Below, piece after piece: positions 24,383-37,550 of a stretch of DNA of 64,000 nucleotides. The stretch is from contig CP158636.1 of NCBI GenBank assembly GCA_050273025.1, positions 496,001 to 560,000 on the forward strand. The letters are read 5' to 3'. The notes below the pieces were generated by a model, which was not told the DNA's origin, made no database searches, and saw only the letters and a program-made list of their open reading frames with translations. The DNA is from Cenococcum geophilum (Eukaryota). The translations under genes were made by a program, and so were the position numbers. The stretch's first letter is position 1. Each line of letters starts with the position of its first letter.

Positions 24383-24639
24383 CAAGCTGCACAAATTCGG
24401 AAGGATTGGGCTCTTTAGACGCTAAGATGTAGTGTGCAGCTTGGGAATTCGTGTATCAAGGCTTCTTGAGCTCACAACTCAACTGCTAAACGGCAAGGTA
24501 TTTTAATGTTGGGTTGTCATTCATGCTCTGGCTAATATATAATAGTTTAGAAAGCGTAGGATTAATTTTTACACAGTGGATGTACGTTTTGTAAGGACGG
24601 TCTTAACAGAAACATACATGTGTCTACTCAATTAAATAC

Positions 24640-26052
24640 TACTACCTGCCACTCTTCCAGCGAATTTTCATCAAGTCTAATAGCAGCCGGTTAATTACAC
24701 GCTTTCTATTGATAGACAGGTTCTCAATGCTTTATACGGCTTACCGGGCCAAGGAGGCTATGTTGCGCCATCTCAAACCCCCTAAGGCTCAGTAGCTTCT
24801 CATGCACACAGTCTTACGTATAACTCTGGACAGAGCCTATATGGTCTTCCGGGACAAGGAGGCTCCGCCATTTCGCAGCCATCCTTTCAAGACAATCACT
24901 TCCAAGAATCTTCTTCTACTGGCAAACTACAGGAGCTTACAAGACATTCACCCAAAATACGCATACTAACGCTAAGCAGAGAGTGGCAATTTGGATGAAA
25001 ATGCCTTATGGGAAAAGGCCTATAAAGCGCAGAATAAGGGTAAGGCTAACGCAGAGCAGCATTCAGCAGAGGAAGGTAGTGAGGCAAGCAACGAGCGGAG
25101 CTTCCAGGAGGATGCGATTAGAACATGCTATAATGCGGAAGGGGATATTAAGCATGTCCAAGAGATGGAGACTAAAGAAGTTTCCGCGGGTGTGTATGCT
25201 ATGGGTAGACTAAGTGCTAGACAGCGTCACCTAGCTTCTCGGTCCGTACCTATGATTAAGACAACAGGATGGAACTTGAATCCCGGTTACCGCCGTCGTC
25301 TCTCTAGATTACTGCTAACACTCGAGTTTGACGCCAAAACATGGACAACGTCCCGATCATGCACGGTGAGAAAGCCCTTCCAAATTGAACCACAAACTGG
25401 AGATGATGGTAACACGGCTTAAGTGCCCTTCCACTCCGCTTTCATATCAAACAACTTTCAGTCTCAGTGGTTTTAACACCCCCTTATCTCCCTCGCCAAA
25501 GAACAATCCATGACAGAAAAGCCTTCTCTAGGCAGCGAACGCTCTTCCTCTACTAGGATTCCAATTCACAAGAGCAGGAATGTAACGGAAGGCGTTGGAA
25601 AGCGTACGACATCTAGTTATTAGAGCAAAGACACCGAGTCCGGCAGATCGTCAAAAGGAATGGGGAGAATTAAGTGTAGAGGAAGCTAAAGCAGCACAGA
25701 TTGAGAGAAAGAACGGTTGGGATCCGAAGGGAGAAGCAACCTCTATATACGCATTGTAAAGGCTTTCCAAGTCCAAAGTGACCTCGGAGTACCCTAACCA
25801 GATTAGGGGGCGCTTTGCCTCAGGGAATAGCAAGAAATCCTACAAATTATTCAAGGGAGGGATTTTTTCGACAATAACCAACGACAATGACCCTAAGTAG
25901 CGTGGAAGAGATAGTTTGGCAGTTGGTGAGGGAAGAGAATAATCAGGCGTCCTTGAACGGCGGTGCCAGTAGGTCATGCTCCAAATTGATCTTGTACACA
26001 GTACGTGAGTGCATGCGGGTTCTTCGTGAACCGAGTCAGGAGGAACCATAGA
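24640..26052 (+). pseudogene. Low-complexity hypothetical gene, lightly RIP-inactivated (includes ORF 24991-25422)
   Basis: Long coding-like frame (LPATLPANFHQV**QP..YGLPGQGG x2..DENALWEKAYKAQ..) broken by isolated TAA/TAG where CAA/CAG would fit. GC-balanced composition. Confidence 0.5.
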
Positions 26053-26683
26053 GGACCATGTTCCCGGGTCTTCTCATTTTCATCGCGCGACTTTGCGACC
26101 TTTACAGCGACTAGAACGACTCTGACGAACCTCCCGGTTAGGTAGCTGACTCCTTCGTGCAGCGATGAGTCCTGTCAGCTAGCGGAAATCACACTCCATG
26201 GGGCAGTCTGACATTCCATTGACATTCACTATCTCACTAACGTGAATTGATTGACGTGAAGGCTATTTTAGAGATATGAGAGGAATCGTTAAATATTCAA
26301 TTGCGAACATTGGAAATTTCGAGGTTGGAATAAAGGAACCCGTGCGTGGCCACCTAATCTATTTCTAGCATCTACGACTAAGTTCGCGCCACAGCTTGGC
26401 GTCCACGACTGCTTCAGCTCGTCAGCCGTGGTTAAGTTCGAAACGTTAAGCGTACCGTACCCTTTGTTCCTCTAACACTCTTACGTTAAAATACTTCCGC
26501 AGCCCCTTTTGTCACTTGCTCTTCACTTCAAATCTTAAAATTTTCTCTTTCCCTTAGTGTGCGATCACCTTAAATCTCCACCCAATCATTTATTAAGTAC
26601 GACCCCAGATTTACTAGCCGCGCCTTCGACCTCGACCTCAAGTCAACCCTCACCCTTGCTCACAATCCAGGAATATAACCACC

Positions 26684-26911
26684 ATGGGCTTCCTGAAGAA
26701 AAAAGACGATGGGGACTCGGCTCCTACTCTCTTCGGCAACCGCAAGAAAGATAAGGCAACCCCTCCGCCAAGCGACCCATACATGAATAGCCCTCCCGGC
26801 CCCCCTCCGTATCAGGGCGGAAATGACCGATTCGATGGAAGGGGCAACAAGAGCCCTGCTGTGACGGGACCCGGACAAGCTTACGGGGGCGGTGGGCGAA
26901 GGCCCCAGTAG
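26684..26911 (+). CDS. 75-aa ORF resembling the N-terminus of filamentous-fungal Sec9 t-SNARE; truncated, no SNARE domains
   Basis: Good start context caccATGG after a CT-rich leader. MGFLKKKDDGDS..LFGNRKKDKATPPPSDPY..PPPY..G-rich recalls the Sec9 N-terminal pattern FG.KK..D...LFG....SP...NPY (from recall, not an alignment). Confidence 0.45.
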   Translation: MGFLKKKDDGDSAPTLFGNRKKDKATPPPSDPYMNSPPGPPPYQGGNDRFDGRGNKSPAVTGPGQAYGGGGRRPQ

Positions 26912-27834
26912 CGCCATGGAAGGCCCCAGTGGCGCGAATGTACTAGAAAAGTGTTAGAACTTGCTTCAAGGGTGACGTACGTAAGTGTCATATAGGAAGA
27001 GAGGATGAAATTGTAATAAAGCATATGGCACTTCGAGATGCGTCTGACGCTTATTAGTGTGTTATTTGCTAGCTGCTCCAGAGTCATCTGCACAGCTATA
27101 ATTACGCCTGGCAGCCACAAGCTTGGCATACGTAAATTACACTATAAAGATTATGTTACGACACGCGGGGTCGCTTTACCCTAGCCAGAATTAGTAATTG
27201 CTCGGATCGGAAGTACTAACCAAGGTGGCGACTCTATAACTTTGCGCCTAACAGCAGACGTAAGGCTGATAATGACTTCTTATTATTAATTATTGTAGTA
27301 AGGCTTAAAGGCTCGGATAAGACTGTTTTTAAGTATTAGAGTAGTAAGAGCTTAACTGTGGTGCTATAGGGAAGGAACTCTATTATACCAAAGAATAGGG
27401 CTCTCTGTAAATTAGGCGCGAGGCGATAATGTAAATGTAATTTTTAGGTATAAGGGGTCCTACGTGTTTAAAAATAATATAGTATGCTATTTAAACCTAA
27501 TTCTAGTAAAGGTCGGAGTATGCGCTGATTTATAGTTGCTTAAAGTCAAAGTACCCCTTATATTTTCCAGCATAGGTGGTTTTCCGCCACCCGTAGATAG
27601 ACGTTAGAATTCAAAGTGCTCCAAGTTATACCAACTAAACCTTAGCACATCGGCTTGCAATACTACAGCCCCTACTAGTCAATAGCATAACTAATAGCAA
27701 CGGACCCTAATACTTGGGTTATTTAATACGTTCCTAAATCTATTAGGGTTCTTCTTTCGCTTACTTATAAAATATACTTTATAGCTTTTAAAGATAATAA
27801 AATTAGTCTTCTTCTATTTTAAGGCTCTGCGCTA

Positions 27835-30800
27835 ACGTACCCAACCACTAAATAGCGAACACCACTATGTAGCGAACCCATTAAAATCGCGACGCGTTCT
27901 GTAACTACTATTAAAATAGCTACACTATAACAATAAAAAGCCTTATATAGAGAGGGCAGATTGATTTTAGCTCTTTAGGCCTATAAGTAGGGCTAAACCA
28001 ATTCCCTTAACGCCGCTGCGGTATTATATAATGTGTTTAAAATAATAGCTAGGCAACACATTGCTGGTATTTAACTAAAACGCGGTTCTTACGCGTTAAA
28101 TTGCCTTCTTATACCTATACAAGAAGACAGTCTTAAGCAGTAGATCTTATTAATAGATTAATGCGGTATGCTACCTAGGATCGCAACTATATAGTAGGCT
28201 AGTATTCTAGCTACATAGTGCGCTAGATTAGCTACCTCAGTACTAGTTAGCCCAACTTAGGTACTAAGATTTATTAAGCGCTATAATAACCTATAATCTA
28301 AATATAATCGTAAGTATAACTATTAATATACTAAATGCGAGGATCCTATGCTTATTTAAGGCTAGTTTAAACACGTTTAAGACACAAAAATATAATATAG
28401 GATTCTTAATAAGGATACTTAGAATTTTAATAAGACTAGCTGCTAAATAGGTGTTATTATAACTATAAAACCTACAATAATCGAAAAAGGAGCTCTTGCT
28501 GCACCTGGCCTAAAAAGACCAAAACCAACTAAAAGAACCCTAAAAAATACCTAGAGAATCCCCCTAAGATATATACATCGTAGGGGAGGCATACGTTAAA
28601 CGACGGTGGCTCGTACTCGCGCGCGACCGCTAGAACTACGCCTAGCAATAGCCCTCTATAATAAAGACGGGCGAATACTATACTATAAAGCGGAAATATC
28701 TCTATTAAAAAGGTATCTAATAAAATATAAAGCCTATTAGACGCGTCTAGTATCTAGAATTATAGGGAAGTAACTATTAGCTATAACAAACTAATATAGC
28801 TAGTAGAATAGCTCCGCTAGTCTAATAAACCTTAGGCGCCCCTCTAGCAAACCCTTAATTAAATCCTCTAACGGCTAAGTAAAATTAAAAATAAGTATAA
28901 CCCCCCCTTACTGGCGAACCGCATCTAGGCCGCTATAGCTGCGCTTTTATAGTATAGGGAACCTACTCCCCTTAAGTTAATAACTGGGTATATAATTATA
29001 ATATAACCAAATATAGAATAAGTAGAGGGGCTTAGGGGATAATTAGAAATAGAAGTCCTTATAAAGATACGTAAAGAGGTCCATAACGCTATTATAGTTT
29101 AACACCTTAAGAGTGGAGATATTAAAGTTACCCTAAAGGACTAATAGGTAAAGGAACGAGCCGTAAGGGTAGGGGATAGGCTAGGAGAACGTATTGGCAT
29201 AAAAGTACTCTATAAGGATTACCTAGTTAAAGTCCTAGCGGTTTCTATAAGCCTTAGGGTAGAAAAGGGACGCTAGGTAGATAATACAGCAATTATATAG
29301 AAGATAGTAAGATAAACAGAATGCCTTATACTAAGACTTAAAATCACCTAAATCTAATAGCTTTAATAGGAAAATATAAACTAAGTATATAATGAGAATA
29401 ATAAGAGGATATAAGGGTTGCTAAAGACTTGCTAGGGAGATACCAGACAAACGTATAGCTTCCTTATTATTAGTATATATATACTAGGAATATAAAAACT
29501 TCTTATCTAAAAAGGAATAATTATAAATGGCCTTATATATAATATAAGGCTCTATAACTATAGACTACGCCTAAAATAATACTATTGCTATATATAATAG
29601 GGATACACCTAATCTATATACGCAGTATAGGTGTGCTACGGCCACTATACAGGCCCCTATAATATAAGATATTGCTTAAATTAAGACTAAATAAAATGCG
29701 TAAACTGCTACTAAAGCATATATAAGGCGTAGGAGAGAGAAGACTGCATTAAATATAGGAGATAGAAGGTAAGGGCTTAATAGCTACGGGAATAACTACA
29801 CACTAGGTTATATAAATAAAAATAATAGGCGATAAGCTAGGGGGACATAGGCGCCTTCTTAGCGTTTCCTACCTTTAATACTAGAGGGCTAGGCCAGCTA
29901 TTCTAAGCCTTAATAGGCTAGAAGCGACGCCGCGTAACATTACTAGACTAATTAGGGATATAAGGGTTATAGGGGATATAAGGGAGAGGACGCCCTGTAG
30001 GAAGATCTCTATAGACAGTAATAGTAGGCTTAAGACTAGGATAATTAAGAATTAGACTTAATATAGTATATATAACATTTGCAGCCAACCTATAAAGGGC
30101 ATATAGCCGACTAGTAAGAATAGGGGAAGAACTAGTAATAATAATAGATTTAGATATAGAAGCGCTAATAGGAATATAAAATATAGGAATGGAAAGCTTT
30201 ATATAAAATAAGTAGTAACTAGGGTATAGACATAAGAGATAGAAGCTCTAAATATCCTAAAGAAAGTGAAAATAGAAGAAGTAAGGAATAAAGGAGAGTT
30301 AAAGGACCCTCGCTGGGGGTCCGCTACCTATCTATTATATAGTATAACTGCGGCAACATAAACCACTGCCTTGTAAGGCCCCTACTAGACAGTCTAGACC
30401 TAGAGAAATACTATATCCTTACTATATAAGAACCGTATTATAATACCTTTATATAATTAATATACTGCCCCTAAGGATTTTAGCTCCTATATAAACTAAA
30501 AGCAGCTATATACGTATGCTTTATAATTAGTAAGGCTATTAGCCTATCCTTATAGTTATAGTAGGCAGTTAACCTAGATATTATAGTTATAACAATCTAA
30601 ACATATAGGGGACTAGTATAAATTATTAATGTATATAACCCTAGGGTTAAAAGGGTCCTATAAACAGAGAATATTATATTAGTAATAAGCTTACTAGAAA
30701 CTAAAGGTATAGAGTCTATTTTACTAGGAGATATAAACCTCTACTACCCGCGGTAGGGGGGTATCTATATTGCTGTAGATTAATAGTTAGAGTGCCTACT

Positions 30801-33800
30801 AAGAGCTATAGATATCTAGGGCCTTAAGCTAGCTACCTCCCTAGGAGTAATTATATGGTAATAAGGCACTACCAGAAGTATAATTAACCTTATATTTATA
30901 GACGAAGGCCTATATTAAAGACTTAAAAGGTATAACCCTAAAGAAGAATAGGTACTTACCCTAGACTATATCCCTATCTAGATATAGCTAGACCTAGATA
31001 CCAAAGCGTAACTAAATAGAAAAAGATATATAATAAGGAAGCTTAAAATAGACAGTTTCCTTAATATAGTTAAACAATAACTCTAAGACCTAGAAGAAAT
31101 CCACCTAATACTAAACAAGCGAGGCTTATTAGCCACCCCTAAGGAAATTAACCGAAGACTAGAAAGGATCTAGGCAGCAATTAAAAATAGGCTAAAAGAG
31201 CACTGCCCGATCTTAAAACCGGGCCCCTACGCGCGATATATATGGTCTATATAATGCGTAGTTCTAGTTACTAGCTAATAATAAGTAAGAAGAAAATATA
31301 TAAGTAGCTACGACCCTAAAGATAAGAGATAATATAAAGATACAAAAAACCAGCTAAAAAATACCCTAAAAAAAGAAGTAAGGAATAACTGGAGATAGTT
31401 TATAAACGAGTATACTTTTAACCTAAGCCTCCCCTATAATAAGGGCCTTTAGGCTATAGTGAAATGGGTAAAGAAAAAGGTAGGGCGCCTAGCAGAAGAC
31501 CTATACCTATTACCCCTACGAAAAGTAGGAGAATTATAGGCTATAAACAATAATAATAAGAAGGTAAAGATCCTTATAAAAAGGTTCTTTCCTTAACTAG
31601 CTTTAGCAGACCTTAGTAATATTACGGGCGAAATACCGGTAACTCGCCTACGGGTTAACAGCGATATAATAATAGAGGAAATGGCTAGAACTATTAGCCG
31701 CCTTTTAAATAATATAGTACTAAGACTAGATAGGATTCTAAATAAGGCCCTAAAAACCTATGGGCTACTTATAGCACCTTAGCTTGCAGATATAGCTAGA
31801 GTATACTTTGCTATAGGCTACTACCTATAACTTAGAAGATCTATAATAACGGTTATCCTATAAAAAGAAGGTAAAGTAGATTACTTAATCCTAGGAAGCT
31901 ACCGCCCTATTGCCTTAGAAAACACCCTTAATAAGATCTTAGAAAGGGTAATAGCGGAACATATAGTAGATACGGTAGAGAAATACGCCCTACTACTATA
32001 AAGCTAAATAGGGGTAAGAAAGAACCGCTTAACACTATTAGTACTTACGCTACTCGCTACCACTATTAAATCTATATAGGCGATGCGAAAGGACTTTATA
32101 GTATTAATGCTTAGCCTAGATATTAGTAGTGCCTATAATAATATACCCTATAAGCGTCTCCTGTATATCCTTAGGGTAAAGGGCTTCTTAGAATAGATTA
32201 TATAATTTATCTAAGGGTTTATAGGCTAGAAAGAAATATTACTAGTCTTTAGCGGATACTAGAGCCCCCCTATTATAGTTATAATAGGAATACTATAAGG
32301 ATTACCCCTCTCGCCTATACTCTTCCTTTTCTTTATAAGCAACCTACTTAACTCCTTTAAGGAAAGGGCGACCTAGGGGATAGGCTTTATTAATAATACA
32401 AACCTAATTATATATAGGCTAATAGCCGTAAAGAATTGCAGAATACTAAAGAAAGCCTATAACACTTATATAAAATAAGCAAAATGTTATAGAGTCCAAT
32501 TCTTACTAGAGAAATACTAGCTAATCTATTTTATAAGAAAACGTAACTAATTTATAGATCTCTAGTATATAATTCATATTTAAGGCTTTAGGGGTTAACT
32601 AGTTTAAGGCCTAAGGGTATTAGGAGTATAGGTAGATAGTAAGCTCTGGTAGAGCGTATATGTGGCGTAAGCGGCCTATAAAGGCTAAGTATAGTTTATT
32701 ACTTTATCTAGGATTGTTAATTCTATATAGGGTCCATGCTTCTAGAGGTTACGCCTACTATATATAGTAGTTGTCCGGCTAACCATAATATATAAATCTA
32801 GTATTTAGGCCATTAAAGAAACTAAAAAGGGCTCCCCTAAATTACTCCTTAAACCACTTTAAAAGGTCTAAATAGCCTGCCTTTAAAGTATTATAGGCGA
32901 GTATAAGCGAACGGCTATAGCACTACTTAAGAAGGAATCTAATATTCCCCCCCTATAGTTATATATTAAAGCCACTGTAATATAAAGGATGTAAAATAAA
33001 TATAACTCTAATATTATAAAGTATATTAAGATACGCCTAAGTAAACTATAGAGGGACTTTAGGGTGCCCTATAAGAGAACAAACCAATAACCCTAAAGTA
33101 GGAAAGAGATATTAGAGAAATAGGTAAAGAAAGTAAAAGAAGAATAGTGCCGCTTTAGGGCCTAGGCCTATATAAAGGAGGAAGGGAGACGTATAAGAGG
33201 TTAGTAAAGATAATAGCAACACAGAGAAAGGAGTTAAAGTAGAATATATAAGAACGCTAGGAAACTATCTACCGTAATATAATACTGGTTAGACTAATAC
33301 TGGAGAGGTAAATAGGAGTTAAAGGTATAGAGGCTAATTTAAGCAAGACAAACCTAAGCTATAGTATAGTTAATGCTATGGGGGGTAAATACCTAAGGGC
33401 TCTAAGAAGGCCTAATAAAGGCAAAAAATATAATAGTAATACTCTTAAGAACAGGAATAATAAGACTAAAAGATTGGCTTTACTAGGTGGGTGTTTTAGT
33501 AGGTAGCCGAAGATGCGAATGTGGCTAGCTAAGACAGACACTAAAACACGTAATACTACTATGCCCCCTACGCACTAATTAAGAAATAATGCTCTTAGCA
33601 GCTAGTATAGAGAACTATAATATACTGCTCTTAATATAAAAAGGCCTTAAGGCGGTTACCTAGTGGCTTATTAGTTAAAATATGCTAAATTAGTTCCGGG
33701 TTATAAGGGAAATAGTAATAAAAGGTAAGGGGGCGAGCAGTAGGTGCCCCCTAGTAACTTTATAGTAGTAGAGTAATAGTTTATAATACTAGCGCGTCCA

Positions 33801-35244
33801 TAGGCTTATTACAGCAGTAGTAGTTCCTAAGGAGGTTAAATAGTAAGGTAGTAGAGCACTATAGGCGACTTATAGGCGCTAAGTAGGCGAGTCCTAAAAG
33901 GTGGGGAGATGGATTACGGGGTTTTCTTATTTTTCTTAAATAGAGTTTTCTCCCTATATGTAAATAAGGAGTAGTCCGCGTAGGCTTAATAGGAATCTAA
34001 ATCGGACGTTAAGCAATGAATTATTAATTATTAATTATAATTATAAAGGTTATTACTAGAACTAATATAGTTGGTAGACCTAGAATAATATAGCCAGGTA
34101 ATTAAGAATAGGTTATAATAATTAAAACTATTAATGCACGGGGAGATACAATTCCACCGCTAGTTATCTTTAAGGTAGTAATATACTAAGCTGCCTAGTA
34201 TAAGGACGGGATTATACCATATAACTAGTTAATTGGTATTAGCGATAATAGCTAAATAACTAATAAAATTGGCTTAACCTAGCTAATAGAGGTATTTTAT
34301 AAGCATATAAAGGATTATACTATTAGCCGTTATCGACTACTAGTTCTTAATAGCTACGGTAACTATATTACCCCTAAATTTAACCAGTTTTATCTAGAGC
34401 ACTAGATTATCGTCCTTTATATACCCCCCTATTTATTATACCTACTACAGCCCCTAGATATAGGTTATTTTTTAGTCCTTAAGTAGGCCTATAGATGCCT
34501 TATTAAGCAGATAATAGGCTATAGCATTAACTATATTAATAAACGCGAATTTCTGCCTCTATATGGGCAGGCTAGGTAGATAGTATTATATTAGAATAAT
34601 ATATAGGCAGGATTTACAGCTACTAGCCTAGTTCTGTATAGCCCTAATCGCGTACTAGCATAGCTATACACCGTATATTAAACGCCATTACTCTAATATC
34701 TACAATTAAATGTATTTTAGGTAGCTAAAACACCTTATAATATTACTAAACTATAATACCAGACGGCCCTGCTAAGGCGCTATCTTAAATAGCGTATATA
34801 TAGCCCACCAAGTCTAATAGGATAAGCCCTTACTTAACTTATTAAGGGTTATAAAATAGCGATATTAAGCGCTGTCTTACTTATAAGCGAAAATAAGAAG
34901 CTATATATAGAAAACTAGTGCTAGAAAAGGAAGAGGGCAACTAGGCGTAAGTATATAGCTAAGGGGGGTGTTCTTTTAGGAGCAGAAGGGCTATTTCGCG
35001 CACGAGCTGCCTAGGAGGCTATAGTAGAGGTAGCGGCTAAGCGACCGCAGTAAGTAGTGCGTAAGTGCAGGATATATTAACTAACAGAATATATAGCATG
35101 TACGTACCTAAGACGTTAGATAAGTAGTTAGTAGATAGCTATAACAAATATAATTATTCGTGGTTAAGGAATTCGCATTTTTAATGTCGTGATTTTGATA
35201 GGTTCGCCATATAGTAGTGTTCGCCACTTGGTAGTCGGGTACGT
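27835..35244 (+). mobile_element. Fot1/pogo (Tc1-mariner) DNA transposon (~1.85 kb without its insert), containing a LINE
   Basis: TIRs acgtacccaaccactaaatagcgaacaccact.. and ..agtagtgttcgccacttggtagtcgggtacgt. TA TSD at 27833-27834 and 35245-35246. DDE motifs NF(D)ETG, RYRLLVL(DGHG)H and LLQPLD.G.F. Confidence 0.92.
28470..34034 (+). mobile_element. Tad1-like LINE copy 1 (ORF1 with zinc knuckles; ORF2 APE endonuclease + RT), RIPed
   Basis: TSD ttataa(c/t)tataaa at 28457-28469 and 34035-34047. ..YNCGN, LLGD.NL.YP.., SYRPIALENTL, QG.PLSPILF and GF.(DD)TNL motifs. ATT-type tail. Confidence 0.92.
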
Positions 35245-37550
35245 TAAGAGGTTTCTTATTAATAATATACTTAAGCTAGAGTGTAGACGAACTTAATGCG
35301 AGCTTTATTATTTTTAAATAGCTTAAAGAGTATTCTGGCAATAGTAGCCCGCTCTTAAATCTTAAATTAAATAGTTAGTAGTGTTAGAACTTTAGTTATA
35401 GTATTCTTACTAAGCTGACTAGCTATTTTAATTATATTAACCGAATTATAAAAGTCGCGAATAGCCTTATTAAATCGTTGCCTATGCAATGTTAGAGAGG
35501 TACTATAAATCTTACACTTAGTCTCTTTATATTACTTATATAAATTAGTTCCTTTAGCTGCAGTAATAGGGTAGAACCCTTAATTATAAATCTAGTTTTT
35601 ATATTCTTTTTATTCATTTTAAAGCGCTATAAGTTTAGGGTTGTTCTAGACCTCTTCCAGCTAATTATTATTAAGCTCTATAGGTGCGTATTGATCTCTT
35701 AATAGACCTATTCTTGCGACGGATTTAATAAGGAGGTCTTTTAAGGGACTTCTAAAATAAATAGCCTGAAAATCGCTTATAATATACGTTAGTATATAGT
35801 ACTTTTCGTACATATTACTACGATGGCCTATAGTCTGGTTCTACTCCTCTAAAGTAAAAACGCCTAGCGAATTTTATAGTATTAGCGTAGATAAGAAGGC
35901 GAAAAACGGTAATAAAGCGGACTTACTATTAATATTTTAGCCTAAAGCACGTCGCAGCTAATATAACTCTAGTACTATCTTAAAGTTGGTAATACGGCCT
36001 AAATATATAAATATATAATAGTACTTTACGTATAGGAAGGCTTTATCCTTTAAGATATAAGTACCCCCTATTATATTCTAAACATTATAGAAGAAGGGCT
36101 TATTTAGTATTTTATCCTTCTACTTAATGCGGAGTACCTTATGGTACGCTAAAACCTTAAGGTTAAATATACTTTAAATACTAGGGAAGTTATCTTTAAA
36201 CGCCTCTTAGCTAATACCTATAGCTAGGAAATATAAAATAATATAGAATGCTAGGAGAGATTCTAAGCGGAATATAAATTTCTTTCTATAGTACTATAAT
36301 AGTTAGTAACCGGTACTATAGTCTAGGTTTATAGGCAGACTTATAGTTTATCTTTATTCTTATTTTTTATATTTTCTAGGTTAATATTTACTATAATTAT
36401 ACTCTATTTAGGGTCTACTATACTCTAAATAACTATAAGTTTAATATCCTTAAAGTAAAGCGCTCTATTGCTGCCTCTATTACTAGCTCTTTCTACTAAA
36501 GCTCCTAGTCTTATAGATATAGCTACGCTAAGTAAGAGAAGAAGTAAAATTTAAACTTAAATAAAGCTATAGAGCGGTTTAATATTATTTACCTAAAAAG
36601 TGTAGAGGATAGTATAAAGGCCCTAAATATATATAGCGTACTTTTCCTTTTTAGACTTATTAAGCTTAAGGCTTAGTATCTACTGCCGCGGCTATTAGTA
36701 TACAAATTTACGGAGGAAAGAATTAGTTTAGAATGTATATTATAAATATTATCTATAACATTACTATCTATTTTATAGCGCGTTAAATCCCTATAGTACT
36801 AGTTAAGTTATTTCTAATAGACTTTTATTAAGCTCTACTTCTTAATTTAAGAATGCTTTTTACGCCAATAGAGGTATACCTTAAACTTCCCCCAGCTATA
36901 TTTGCGTAGAGAGTCTTTTAGGTTAGCTTTAATCTTTAGTAGAACCTATCCCTTCCTATTAGAAGAGAGTAATTAATTATATATTAGGAAAGTGTAATCT
37001 TACTTTACCTAGAATTCTCCTTTCCTCTTCTAAAGTTTAATTGTCTGGGGCTTATACCTTAGTTTCGCTAGCCCTTTCTCCTCTAACTAAGTAATATCCT
37101 TTAATATATCTTTAGCTTTAGAATCTAAATCTATGTTTAATTTAAGGTCTAGGCCGATATTAGGATCTATACTAATATTTAGTTTAGTATTTGGGTCTAA
37201 GTATAAATTAGAGTATAAATCCGAGCCCGACTTAAAGTTTAAGTTTAAATATAATTTTAAGATTGGGCCTATATACGGAGGTGCGTCTAGGTTTTAATTT
37301 AGGATAGTTTTTGAATTAGTAGCGCTAGCATCTAAAACTTTTCTCTTTACTACCTTAGGAGCCGGAGCCAATATTTAAATAACTGCCGCATTGCTGGTTT
37401 TATATTGCTATACCGGTCTAATAGGTAAGTAAGTAGCTAGTATTAAAGTAGATAAAGAAATAGTAACTAAAGGGCTATAGCTAAAGGGTACGGGGGGTAT
37501 TTAATATTTAAGAATAAATAGATATATATAAGGACTAAAGTAAATCTAGA

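Larger units (their letters stand above)
27400..37400 (-). pseudogene. DUF3435 tyrosine recombinase (Starship captain-like), RIP-inactivated, split by the Fot1/LINE insertion at 27835-35244
   Basis: With RIP reversed, the minus strand gives FKAYLHWR..VYWKRL (~36800-36880), LLLLLSAATSTRPGALVES..ALCFKDIEL (~36440-36545), LELYQLRR (~35950-35975) and EERNQTMGH..YEKYY..DFQAIYF (~35755-35850). Short introns are present. The 3' end coordinate is approximate. Confidence 0.85.

Noticed and set aside
23081..24392. Minus-strand ORFs overlapping the membrane-protein gene
   Set aside because: The spliced plus-strand model explains the region with canonical introns and family motifs.
27158..27260. tgttacgacac.. 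as a solo LTR or Starship boundary
   Set aside because: No matching CA end with a TSD, and no partner repeat in the window.
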